From Thecamonas trahens ATCC 50062 (Eukaryota > Protista > Apusomonadida), in contig NW_013657631.1 in assembly GCF_000142905.1 (NCBI RefSeq), forward strand, positions 146,211-210,210: a DNA stretch of 64,000 bases. The letters are read 5' to 3'. The notes below the pieces were generated by a model. It had not been told where the DNA came from, ran no database searches, and worked only from the letters and a program-made list of their open reading frames with translations. The translations under genes and the position numbers were made by a program. Position 1 is the first letter of the stretch, and each line of letters begins with the position of its first letter. This document shows, in pieces, positions 19,218-30,055 of the stretch.

Positions 19218-22200
19218 CTACGAGAAAAAGTACTCCGACTCCAAGACAAGGTCAAGATCGAGGTCGCCGCGCGGGGGGAGGTCCTCAAACTCGACATCAG
19301 GGTAGCGCTGGCGGAATTGGGCACGGAGATCCTCAAGCAGGGCGCGCTTGTGGAGCTGGACAAACTCACGGCGGAGGATGGCGGACATGTCGTCGATGCG
19401 AGCGGCGTGGGTCCAGTACGAGTCGTGGACCGAGGCAAAGGTGATGCCGGCGCGGCGCGAGGCAGTGGCGGTGAGCAGCATGTGCGTGGCGTCGATCGAG
19501 TGGATAAAGTTGGGCGGGAAGGAGGAGCGCTGCTTGGAGACGGCGACAGGCTGCTCGCGCGGATCGAGGAGGGAGACAGCCTGCAGGACGGTTTGCACCT
19601 GCTGCGCCTGCTCGCGGACGTAGGGCTGGACAACCGGGAGGCCGAGCGGAGTGGTCCAGCGGACAGGCTCGCCGGTCTTGGCCACGGCGTGCGCGGCGCT
19701 GGCGAGCCACGACATGGTTTGCGAGGCGTTGGCAAAGACTGAGCCGATCGAGTTGAGGACGGTGCGAGCGAGGTAGGACGAGGCGGCAAAGCGAGTCTCT
19801 TCCGGCAGAACGCCGAGCTGCTTCTCGATCTGGGCCCGAGCGCCGACAAATGTCACGCCGTACGTCGAGGTCATGACCGTCTGCTTGACAACCTTGCGGG
19901 TGACGATGCCCTGGACGGCCTGAGCAATGTCGACGCCGGTGGCGGCATCGCGGTCGATGACCTCGAGCACCACCCGCAGGACGTCCGAGTACACGTCGGC
20001 AGGCTCCGGCCCGGGGACAAGGTTGACCGAGCCACCGCCGACGGCATCGAGCGCGAGTGCAGCGTAGTGCTGCAGGCCATTGCACGAGCCGTCCTGGGCG
20101 ACAGGCAGCCGCGAGCTGTAGTCGGCCGGCGAGCCCGAGTCGACGGCGGCGGCGATCTCAAAGCAGGTCGCCAGCGTCTGCCACGGGTTTTCGCCCTCGA
20201 GCCACCAACGGTCGTACTCGCCTTCACCGAGCGGATTAGCCGCCGACGCCCGGATCTTGTCCAGGTTCTCGTCGGCAAAGGCTGCACGCTCGATGTTGGA
20301 CGCCTTGTCAAAGCCAAAGACGTTGGCGAGGTGAACCTTCATCCAGAACCAGCCGCGCTCGCCGAGCGGCATGGCCTCGGCAAACATGAGCATGCCACGC
20401 TTGAGGTCCGAGCCGAGGTGGTTGAGCGTGGGCGCGACCGGGTAGGCGCGCCCGCGGAAGTCAAGGTTGGTCGGTTGGAAGAGAGCGGTCTTGTCAGCAA
20501 GGTCGGCCGCCGTTCGCAGCGTGATGTCGAGGTCGGCTTTGAGCGAGGTCAGATCATTGCGTGCCTGCCGCGCCTTGGCCATGGCTCTCCGGTGGGCGGC
20601 GTGCTCCGAGGCCGGCGCGTCGGCCGGCGGCGGCGGCGGATCGTCGACCGGTGCCCGCGACGGGACGTACGGCAGCCCGCCGCCGGCGTCCCACGCAGCC
20701 TGGATGACCTCGAGCACCCTTGCGTTGACAACCCACGGCGTGGCCGAGAGCGCGTTGAGCCCATCGAGGACTTCAGACATGCCGACGCCACGCAGGGCCT
20801 CCTGCTGGACGTACGACTTGGCGCGAAGGACCGAGGTGGGGAGCGAGAGGAAGCCGCCCGACGACGGCGACGTCCACGGCCGCGGCGGGACAAGCATCGG
20901 CGAGAGCCGCGGTGCAGGCTGGACCTCGAGGTGGCCGGCTTCGACCAGGTCAAGCACGTACGAGTGGAGGGCGATCCAGCCGGTCTTGCGACCGCCACGG
21001 CCGACGTCGATGCGGTGCTCAAAGGCGGCGGCATGGCCGCCGTCGGGCACCGCCACCGTGCACGTCGCCAGCGCAGTCTTGATCAGTGCCGCGCCGACGT
21101 GCAGCTTGCCCTCCTTGTGGAACGACGAGTCCGGGAGCAGCGAGCGGGCCGAGGCGTTGACGGCCGAAACCGAGGGCTTGGGCTTGAGCCGGACGAGAGC
21201 AGACCGGTCCTCGCGCCGAAGCCGAGCCAGGTTGACCTCGGCCTCGACCGCTTCGCCGACAGCCATGCACGCCTTGACAAACTTGACTTGCGTGGCCGAG
21301 GCGAGCGAGAGACCGACAAGCTCGTGGAGGGTAATGACCGCCAGCTTGTCGGCCTCGACGAGCGCAAGCAGATGGCCGTACTTTGCGCGCTCGGATGAGC
21401 CCTCGCGGGTCCGCACCAGCCGCTGCTCCTCGCCGATGGCCTCGGCGAGCGGACCAAACCACTTGAGCAGCAGCGACTGGCCGGGACCAAGCTCTGCACC
21501 GCGACCCAGCTCGGTCACCTTGGCCGCCTGCTCTTTGTACTTTGCCACGGCTGCATCGAGCGCGAGCGTCTCGCGCGTCAGCTGCTCCTCAAACAGCTCA
21601 GTGGTGACTGCTGTGCCATCGGCGAGACCAAACAGCTCGATCTCCATGCGGTACTCGGCCAGCTTGGCGTCGCGGATGGCTGGGTCGATCATGAGCTCAG
21701 AGGGCTTTGACCCGACGGCCACCGCCGCCTTTCGCAGCAGAGCTGATGGCTGTGGAACGGACCTGCCTGTACGAGCCGCCACAGCAGCCATACGAGCTTC
21801 AGCCTCTGAGCTCGCCGAGGCAAGATAGTCCATGTCGAGCACAGAGCGGGTTGCAGCACCACGAGCACCAGCCTCTCCGGGCTGACCCGTCTCTCCCCCC
21901 GATCCATCCAACTCGCCCGAGTTGAGCGATCGGTCGGCCTCGCCCAGGCCATTCGATGAATTTGGCTCTGAATGTGGGCGGGCATCAGCATGAGTCGTCG
22001 TTGCCGTGTTGAGCGGAGTGGCACGGAAGAGTGGCGGGCGAGGCGATTGGCTTGCCGCGTCCGAGTCTGAAGCTGCGTCAGCGCCCAGCGCAGTGCTGGA
22101 GAACCGACAGAGTGAGGCAAGTGATTGACCTGGTACTATGCTACCTGCTCTCCATGCCATGCTTGCCAATACCCTTCCAATGCTCGGTACATGCCCCGAC

Positions 22201-22223
22201 AGGCTCCTTCCTCCTCGGAGCAT
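19218..22223 (-). CDS. POLRMT: Mitochondrial single-subunit (T3/T7-type) DNA-directed RNA polymerase
   Basis: PMLVPPRPW, NLDFRGRAYP, QDGSCNGLQHYAAL, RKVVKQTVMTSTYG, FPPNFIHSIDATH, SVHDSYWTHA, C-terminal YFFS; R/S-rich N-terminal presequence. Confidence 0.97.
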   Translation of the reverse strand: MLRGGRSLSGHVPSIGRVLASMAWRAGSIVPGQSLASLCRFSSTALGADAASDSDAASQSPRPPLFRATPLNTATTTHADARPHSEPNSSNGLGEADRSLNSGELDGSGGETGQPGEAGARGAATRSVLDMDYLASASSEAEARMAAVAARTGRSVPQPSALLRKAAVAVGSKPSELMIDPAIRDAKLAEYRMEIELFGLADGTAVTTELFEEQLTRETLALDAAVAKYKEQAAKVTELGRGAELGPGQSLLLKWFGPLAEAIGEEQRLVRTREGSSERAKYGHLLALVEADKLAVITLHELVGLSLASATQVKFVKACMAVGEAVEAEVNLARLRREDRSALVRLKPKPSVSAVNASARSLLPDSSFHKEGKLHVGAALIKTALATCTVAVPDGGHAAAFEHRIDVGRGGRKTGWIALHSYVLDLVEAGHLEVQPAPRLSPMLVPPRPWTSPSSGGFLSLPTSVLRAKSYVQQEALRGVGMSEVLDGLNALSATPWVVNARVLEVIQAAWDAGGGLPYVPSRAPVDDPPPPPADAPASEHAAHRRAMAKARQARNDLTSLKADLDITLRTAADLADKTALFQPTNLDFRGRAYPVAPTLNHLGSDLKRGMLMFAEAMPLGERGWFWMKVHLANVFGFDKASNIERAAFADENLDKIRASAANPLGEGEYDRWWLEGENPWQTLATCFEIAAAVDSGSPADYSSRLPVAQDGSCNGLQHYAALALDAVGGGSVNLVPGPEPADVYSDVLRVVLEVIDRDAATGVDIAQAVQGIVTRKVVKQTVMTSTYGVTFVGARAQIEKQLGVLPEETRFAASSYLARTVLNSIGSVFANASQTMSWLASAAHAVAKTGEPVRWTTPLGLPVVQPYVREQAQQVQTVLQAVSLLDPREQPVAVSKQRSSFPPNFIHSIDATHMLLTATASRRAGITFASVHDSYWTHAARIDDMSAILRREFVQLHKRALLEDLRAQFRQRYPDVEFEDLPPRGDLDLDLVLESEYFFS

Positions 22224-22466
22224 CTGATGGAGGATGGTCGTCGTCGTTGGACTGGCCGAACAACCGCTGGCCAATTTGAGACGAGTGACCAAACCGATGC
22301 TTCAAAGGCTCGAATGTTGGCGGCAGGCAGCTGAGCAGCTCATGACGGTCAAGGCCAGCTGCTGGGCGGGCTGTGGCAAACCGATGGCGGCGAGTCGTCG
22401 ACCAGCAACCTGTCTGCTTCTATGCTTTAACATGAATGCGGACCATTGGGTGAAATAATGAGTGGC

Positions 22467-25400
22467 CTACGCAGCGGCACGGATAAGGGCTCCAAAGGTA
22501 TCGGCGTCGACGACGCCGGTCACGTCGAGTCCAGCCGACAACTGGACGCTGGCGACTGCGGCGACCATGCTGGTGTCAAACGATGTACCGCTGCCGAGGC
22601 CGAGGAGCGCCCGATATGCGGCGACGTGGGCACCGGACGCGCCACGGACAGCCGGCTGGAACAACAGCCGCCACGTCGCGTCCCGAACAATGCCGTCGGC
22701 CGGGCTCAGGCCGGCGTCGGTCTGCAGCGCAAACACGGCGCCTTGCGTCCCGCTCCCGTACAGCCCGTCGACGGTGACCGGATGGCATCCAAATCCGAGG
22801 AGGTGCTGGACTGCCTCGGCCCGCGCTGACGCCGGTGCTCCGGGCGACCAAAGCTGCCCGCCGGCCGGGGTTGTAGGCAGCCGCTCGCCGGCCACCGTTG
22901 GCAGGTCTATCAAGCCGGTTGCACCTCCGGCGTTGGCCCACATTGAAAACGCCTGCAGTGAGAGCGAGAACTGCGCCGACGCCTCGGGCATCCGCGCCGC
23001 ACCCCACCACAGGCCCTCGGCCACAAAGTACGGGGCAAGATCCACCAGCCCTGTTTGCGTCAGCCCGTCGCCGACGGCATCAACCACGCCATCGAGCGCG
23101 AGTTCGAGCGACGCGCCAAACGACGAGTCGGCGAGCGTCCCGGCCTCGACCGCGCAGCACGCCACTGAAGCCGACGGCACAGACACCGCCGCCGTCACAA
23201 ACGGCATCTCCGCCGCAGCAGCTGCAAGCGCCCGTCGCGCGCCCATCACCAGCGGCCGGAGCCCGGTGACGCAGCTGGCCCCCACACGTGTGGTAAAGAG
23301 CGCCGCGGTGATGCTCGGATTTGTCACCGCGGCGCAGCCCGGCGCCGCAGCGGGCGCCGCACACGGCGCGCCTACAAAGGCCAGCGCGTTGAGCGCCGTG
23401 TTGGGAGTCTGGCCACGCTGGACATACCGCGCCAGTCGCGCCGGCGTCGCCACAAGCGTCGTCACTGGCGGAGGCGGCGAAGGTGGGGGCGGGCGCGGCG
23501 TCGGCGCGGGTGTCGGTCGCGGCGTCGGCGAAGGTGTCGGACCCGGGCTGGGACTCGGGGTTGGGCTTGGCACTGGCGTGCTCGCCGAGCTGCATCCGCC
23601 CAAGACCGCGTGCAGCGTGGCGATGTCGTTCAGCTCGCCACTGACGGTCAAACCCGCGCTGGACTGCACCGCGGCCACCGCGGCTTGCATGGCAGCGTCA
23701 TAGGTCGAAGAGTCTGAAAGCGAGTAGCCGGCAACAGCCAGGAGGAGACGGTAGGCCCGGACGTGGGGGCCGAGTCGCCGATAGTGGCCGACACAAATAG
23801 CGCCCGCCAGGTTGCGGCCCGAGTGATGCCGTCGGTTTCTGGCAAGTTCAAATCAGCCTGGAAAGACGCCACCACCGCCGCGGTCCCGCTCCCATACAGC
23901 CCGTCAGGCGTGGTGGTGTGGCATCCGTGCGAGACCAGGAGTTGGACGGCCTTGGCCACCGTCGACGCCGGATTGCCCGACGTCCACAACACGCCGCCAG
24001 CAGGAGTGACCGGCCACGCGCACACGGCATCACTCCACCGCGATGTGGGAAGCGGATAGACGGCGCCAGAAGCAAGACGACCCTCGGCAGCCCAGGTGGC
24101 GTACGCCTGAGACGAGGCCTCAAACGCCGCACGCGCCGGCGACCAGAAAAGGCCCGCTGCGTGGGCGTGCGGGTAGAATGAGACCAGACCCGAGAGCGTC
24201 GTCGCGTCCGCCGGCGCGTCACTCGCGCCGTCGAGCGAAAAGCCAAAGGCGAGGCCAAAAGACGCAAGCGTGCCCGCAGAGCAGCAGCACGCGTCCGCCG
24301 CAAGACCCATGGCATTGTACAGGCCACGGTCAGAAGTGCGGAGTGAGTCAAAGGCTGTGCGCAACGCGGTGAGTGCAGGCAGCGCGCCCGAAGCACAAAA
24401 TGGGCCGACGTTGAGCGTGGCCATCACATCGTCGAGGCCTGCCGAGGCGCACGGCGACGGCCACCGCGACGCAGCTGTCGACGACGAGAGCCGCGTGAGC
24501 CCGTTCTGGTTGGCATCGGCCCATGACGGAATGGCGACCGGCTGAGAGTAGACGCCGGCAGGCGCCGGCGCAGGCGTTGGTGTCGGCGGCAGGGTGGGCG
24601 CAGGTGTAGGCGCCGGGCTTGGACGCGGCGTCGGCGCAGGCGTCGGCCACGGCGTTGGCGCAGGGACAGGGGTAGGCGCAGGCGTCGGCGCAGGCGTCGG
24701 CACCGAGCTGCCTCCTCCCGAGCACCCGGTGATGAGCGCCTGGAACGAGGGCAGGTCCATTTTGCCGGTCTGCGCCAGGCCGCGGGCGGCCTGGAACGAC
24801 GTCACCGCATTGCGAGTTGCCGAGTCGTACGTGTTAGTCACTGCCAGCGTCGTGCCGGTCTGCGCATTTAGCGCATACTTGTAAGCGTAGACCGCGTTGC
24901 TCGAGTCGCCGAGTTCGGCCGGCTGGAAGAGAACCCGCCAGGTCTCGGACCGGACCAGGCCATCAGTCGTCGCCAGCTTGAGATCCTCCTGCAGCGCCTG
25001 GACCTTGGCCTTGGTCCCAGATCCATACTTGCCGTCAGCAGTAGCGCGATGGCAGTTGTGGGTGAGGAGCGCTTGGACAACAACCGCCAGTGGCTGGGCC
25101 GGATCGCCAGTAGACCAGAGAGCGCCGTTTTCGGGAACCAACGGCCAGGCGCACGAGGCCTCGTTGAGTGGCGAGGCCGGAACGGGCCAGGGGGTGTCTG
25201 GGTTGAGGCTATCATCGGCCTGCCAGCCCGCGTACGTCTGGGCCGAGGTCTCAAAGTGCATGGCGTCTTCGTTCTTGGTCCTGGGAAAGCCGAAGCCCGC
25301 ACCCCAGTAGAAACCCTCGTCATGGAGAAACGGATACAGGTCGATGAGGCCCTCCTGAACGAGGCCATCACCATAAGGATCGAGTTGAGCATCGATACGA

Positions 25401-25994
25401 AAGTCGCATGCCGAGCCCCATGAGTGGTTGGAGAGATCAGTCTTGCCCGAGATGTACCGACAGCAGACGCACGATGCGGTCAGCTTGCCCCACAGCACGG
25501 CATCGTTCTTCTTCAACTCTGCCAAGCCGCGCTTGAGGGCCAACGCCGCTGGTTGAATGAGATCAGCACAAAACGGACCAACATTGACCTTGACCAGCAA
25601 CTTGTTGAGCCCACTGTTGCTCACTCTCGTACACCAGTCTGGTCCGGGTGTGCACGGTGTGCCCAAGGCCAAAGTGGCCGTCGACGGCGGAAGGTACGTC
25701 AGCCCGTCCTACCTCCAGAATGGTGACTGCTGTGAGTGACCACCCCCCTCCCCTTCCCCTTCCCCTTCCCCTTCCCCTTCCCCTTCCCCTTCCCCTCCTC
25801 CTCCCCCTTGTGGCTCTTGCCCTTGCCCTTGCCCTTGCCCTTGCCCTTGCCCGTACCTGGTCCTTGTCCGCCCATGCAGGCCTTGCCACCAGACTGGTGT
25901 ATGCACCATGGGCATGACTGGAGATACCGACCATGACCATGTAGACAACAACAAGTACCACACCCGTCAAGCAAATGGTCATGGCCTTCTTCAT
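22467..25994 (-). CDS. Secreted multi-module peptidoglycan hydrolase-like protein: signal peptide + 3 x [M15-type peptidase domain + 2 PG_binding_1-like domains] with Pro/Thr linkers; exon1 25994-25857, intron 25856-25709; frame break ~23770
   Basis: Module 1 has [20 protein letters not shown]...EDAMHFE (M15 SxHxxGxAxD and H motifs); [40 protein letters not shown] are PG-binding motifs; splice CAG|GTACGG..TAG|GAC aligns module 1 with module 2 (WADKDQDGLT vs [10 protein letters not shown]). Confidence 0.85.
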
Positions 25995-26810
25995 CTCTGC
26001 TAACCGGAGAGAGAAGCGAATGCCTATCCCCCAAATACACTCCCGTTTGCGGCGGCGTGGCAGGAGCGGGGAAAGGCGGAGGAGTCATGAGCCACGGCAC
26101 TTTGGCAGAGAGCAGCGAATGCTGTGACATTTTTCCCCAGAGGGGGATGGGCGGCTGTGTGGTGGATGATGAGGAGATGGTGATGATTTACGGATGGATG
26201 GAGAGGTGGGGGTGAGGAGCAGTGGATAGTGGGGTGGGATGGGGGGGCGATGGAGAGAGAGAGGGTGAGAGAGGGTGGGAAAGGGAGTGTGGTGAGAAAT
26301 GGGGATCTTTTTCGAGATCTGAAGATATGACAGGTGATGTTGCCTATGTCACGGGAATGCTTCTGCGTATAAAGGATCGTCATCGCTGAAGATGGAAATG
26401 CACTTGGGGTGTGTGGGTGTGCGAGAGAGTGAGAGTGTGTGTGTGAGAGTGTGTGTGAGAGTGTACTTGTGTCTTGCAACTCGCCTGATTCTGATCTACC
26501 CTCGATAATCAGAGCTTGTTCCATCGTCATGGCCCATCTCCTGGAAGGGTCGGACGGACACGGCCGCGACTGCTGGAGGTACATACCCCAACCGCGATTC
26601 CTCCACTACTCGGCCGTCCTCCCATGCCAATCCTGATTCTCATCACCTCCCAATTTATGATGATCGCATGATGGGCAAGCCTCTTCTCCCTATGTATGAT
26701 CCCGCCTTGGGCACAGGCCAGTTGGCCAGTCGGCCAGTCGGCCATCCAATTCCTTCCGAGTTTGCCATTCCTTCGGCAGCCGTTCCTCACACTTGTCGCA
26801 CACTTTGCTG

Positions 26811-29636
26811 ATGTGGTCGTGCTCGACGTGCACATTGGACAACCCGCTGTCAAGCACGGCATGCGCAGTTTGTGAGACTCCCCGTCCTCCTTCCAAGCCG
26901 AGTCAAAGTTCCAGAAGATCTGCAGGCCAGCCGAGGTCGTCGGCGGGCGGCGGTGGCCAGAGCAGTCGGAGGCGGAGCGGTACATCGGCATCGACATCGA
27001 CATCGACATCGACGTCGACATCGACATCGACATCGACATCGGCATCGACATCGGCCTTGACTGTACATTGCCCGATGTGTACCTATGCCAATCCGTTGGA
27101 GCGTGTGGGCGCTTCATGCGCTGTATGTGGCTTTGCTCCGCTTCCGCCGCTGGGGCGTGATGGCGGCTCGCGAAGCAATGGTAGCAGTGGCGGGTCTGGC
27201 GGTGCGCTGACAAGTGGTGTGCTCATTGCATACAAGACGAGCGGGCGGACGATGCGGATGAAGGTGGTCGCTGCGGGTGAGGGCGGGCCGGACATCGGGA
27301 GTGTCGAACTCCACTTTCCGCCGACGCTCAAGCCAGCACAGATCCTCCTCCGCTCGCCGCCGTTCAAGTACTCGCGCAAGCTCGAGGGAGAGGTCCATGT
27401 GACGGTGGTGATCACGCCTGCACGCGGCGAGGCCAGTGCCGGGCTGGCGCCAATCTCGACTACGCTGGTGTTGCAGCCGAGCGAACCGCCGGTCTCGCGC
27501 AAGATAGAGGTCGCGTGGGACACTGCTGCGCCGTCGGGCTACAACAGCGGGAGCAGCGCAAGCGCAGCGCACACCGCGCCGGTCGGCTGGGCGTGCCGCA
27601 GATGCACCTTTGTCAACTCTGTCGGCGCGGCAATGTGCGAGGCGTGCGGCGAAGTGAGGGTGAAGCGGCCGGACGGCGGCACGCCGGGCACGCCGATCTC
27701 GCCGCTCGACACGCGGCGTGCCTTTCCATCAGAGAGCTCGCTGGCATCAGCAGAGTCGGCCATTTCGTTAGCGGATCTCGCGGATGGGTGGGTGCCGACG
27801 ACGTCGGCCGAGGAGGTGCTGGCCGGCGACGTGGCTGAGGCCGAGTCGCGGCTGATGGCCATCCTTGAAGCTGGGCTTGCTCCGTTTGCCGACGCCGACT
27901 TTCCGCCGACAGACGTCTCACTCTACGGGGGCAACATGACCGAGGCGCTCAAGGCGGTTGATGGACGCGAGAAGATGTGGGCGCGGCCGCAGCACATCCG
28001 GCGGGCAGGGCGGCAGGGATGGCGACTGTTCGCATCGGGACTAGGCGCAGCGTCGTCGCAGGACATCGAGCAGGGCGCGCTGGGCGACTGCTGGTTCCTC
28101 TCTGCGCTGGCGCTTGTTGCTGAGCGGCCGGGCTTGCTCGAGCGCATTGTGCTCACGCCCGAGCTCAATTCCGAGGGCGTGTACTCGTTCCGGTTCTGCA
28201 AGGACGGCGAGTGGCGGGTGGTGACGGTCGACGACTGGCTGCCGGTCGATGCCAACTCGGGCCGGCTGGTGTACTCGCAGGCGGCGCGGAACCAGCTCTG
28301 GGTCCCACTTGTAGAAAAGGCGTACGCCAAGCTCCACGGCAGCTACCGCGCGATTGCTGGCGGCGTCTCGACGGAAGCGCTACAGGATCTGACCGGCGCA
28401 CCGACGCTCCGAGTCTCGCTGGAGACGACGTCGGCGTCGGCACCCGACGAGCTCTCTGCGGAAGATCCGGAGCTCCTGTGGGGTCAGCTGCTCTCGTGGC
28501 ACGAGTCGGGCTACCTGGTGGCGCTCTCGTGCGGGCGGCACGGGCTGAGCAGCGAGGTGTATCAAAGTGTCGGACTCAACGACAACCATGCGTACTCGTT
28601 GCTCCAGCTGCGGTCTGTTGGCTCGCTGTGGCTGATGCAGATCCGCAACCCGTGGGGCGGGAGCGGGCGGGCGAGCGAGTGGCGCGGCGACTGGAGCGAC
28701 CACTCGGCGCTGTGGACAGCAGAGATGCGGCGCGAGCTCGAGGTGTACTCGGAGGCGTCGGAGGACGGCATCTTCTGGATGTCGTTTGATGACTTTCTGC
28801 GGTACTTTGGCGCGGTCTCGGTCTGCATGCTCAACAGCGCGTGGCACGAGTATCGAGTCCCGCTCGCCACCAATGAGCTGGTGGCCGCTCCGTGGACGGC
28901 GTCAGCCTTTGAAGTGACAGTTGCGGCGCCGACCTGGGTGGCGTTGGAGATCCTGCAAGCGTCGGACCGCCAATTTGATGAGGCGACGGCGTACGCATAC
29001 ATTGCCATCGGCGTGCTGGTGGCCAAGCGGCGCGGGCCCGGGCTGTATACCGTGGTAGGGAGCGTGTCGCCGCTGGCGCGGCGGTCGCGAACCATGGACG
29101 TCCTGCTCGACGATCCCAGCGCCGAGTACGTGGTCCTCCCGATGGCGCCCGATCTGAGCGGGCGGACCAAACTGACGCTCGCTCTCTCGTCGGCGCACCC
29201 GGTTGTCATCCGTGAGGCCGAGACCAACGCCAACGTGGCGCGGCGGGTGGTGGCCGACCTCGTCGCCCGCCGCGGCTCGCCGGCCGACTACGGCGAGGGC
29301 ATGACGCTGTGGACGTACGTCTTTGGCGCCATGTTTTTTATTCTCGTCATCAACGGCACCCGCGGCAAGTCGATCGACATTGCTGTCGACGCCTCGGCCT
29401 CGACCAACATGCTCTCGCTCCGGGCTGGCTCGATGAACAGCTCGGACACGCTCGGCCCGCAGACTCGCATGATTGTCATGGCTGGCACCACCATCGAGGC
29501 GTACACCTCGTGGGCCGCCGCGTACGCCACCCGCTACACCACTCGGCGACTGCGGGGATTGGCAGCCGCAGCCACCCGCCACGAGCCGTCCGAGAGCCAC
29601 GATGGGCTCTTTGCCGAGATCCATGACGTCGAGTAA
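26811..29636 (+). CDS. CAPN15: Calpain-15 / SOL (small optic lobes) family: 3 RanBP2-type Zn fingers + CysPc + SOL-homology C-terminus
   Basis: WSCSTCTLDN..CAVC, CPMCTYAN..CAVC, WACRRCTFVN..CEAC; catalytic QGALGDCWF, NHAYS, IRNPWG; LVEKAYAKLHGSY. Confidence 0.92.
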   Translation: MWSCSTCTLDNPLSSTACAVCETPRPPSKPSQSSRRSAGQPRSSAGGGGQSSRRRSGTSASTSTSTSTSTSTSTSTSASTSALTVHCPMCTYANPLERVGASCAVCGFAPLPPLGRDGGSRSNGSSGGSGGALTSGVLIAYKTSGRTMRMKVVAAGEGGPDIGSVELHFPPTLKPAQILLRSPPFKYSRKLEGEVHVTVVITPARGEASAGLAPISTTLVLQPSEPPVSRKIEVAWDTAAPSGYNSGSSASAAHTAPVGWACRRCTFVNSVGAAMCEACGEVRVKRPDGGTPGTPISPLDTRRAFPSESSLASAESAISLADLADGWVPTTSAEEVLAGDVAEAESRLMAILEAGLAPFADADFPPTDVSLYGGNMTEALKAVDGREKMWARPQHIRRAGRQGWRLFASGLGAASSQDIEQGALGDCWFLSALALVAERPGLLERIVLTPELNSEGVYSFRFCKDGEWRVVTVDDWLPVDANSGRLVYSQAARNQLWVPLVEKAYAKLHGSYRAIAGGVSTEALQDLTGAPTLRVSLETTSASAPDELSAEDPELLWGQLLSWHESGYLVALSCGRHGLSSEVYQSVGLNDNHAYSLLQLRSVGSLWLMQIRNPWGGSGRASEWRGDWSDHSALWTAEMRRELEVYSEASEDGIFWMSFDDFLRYFGAVSVCMLNSAWHEYRVPLATNELVAAPWTASAFEVTVAAPTWVALEILQASDRQFDEATAYAYIAIGVLVAKRRGPGLYTVVGSVSPLARRSRTMDVLLDDPSAEYVVLPMAPDLSGRTKLTLALSSAHPVVIREAETNANVARRVVADLVARRGSPADYGEGMTLWTYVFGAMFFILVINGTRGKSIDIAVDASASTNMLSLRAGSMNSSDTLGPQTRMIVMAGTTIEAYTSWAAAYATRYTTRRLRGLAAAATRHEPSESHDGLFAEIHDVE

Positions 29637-30055
29637 TGATGTCAAGCCGAGACGACTAGGGAGAGAGAACAAGACAAGACGAGAAGCTACCACTCACTGC
29701 TGCTGGTCTTGATGTTGTTAATCAGTCGATGGGACGAGACCCCCCCATCATTGCTACGATTCCACCCCCGTGTCTCCCATTCCGTGCCTGTAGCCACACC
29801 GCTAGCCAGCGTAGCGTGCCACCAGCAAACAACAACTTTTGAGCCTAAAATTCATCGTTTGCCCAAAGTCGAATAAAATGGCAGCAGCGAACACAGCAGC
29901 GGTTGTGTGTGTGAGAGAGTGTGTGAGAGGGAGAGAGCTGGCCGACCGACGACGACGAGGATGACGACCAGGCGCCCGACCACCCCACCGTTCCGTGCGA
30001 CCAAGGAGGCGGGCAAGGCAAGGCCAAAGGGGGGAGGGGGAAAGAAGCTATTGAG

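Noticed and set aside
19218-22223. T7-like RNA polymerase next to an endolysin-like gene suggesting a prophage or viral insert
   Set aside because: The polymerase has a mitochondrial-type presequence and YFFS terminus, the lysin has a spliceosomal intron and signal peptide, and no other viral genes are present
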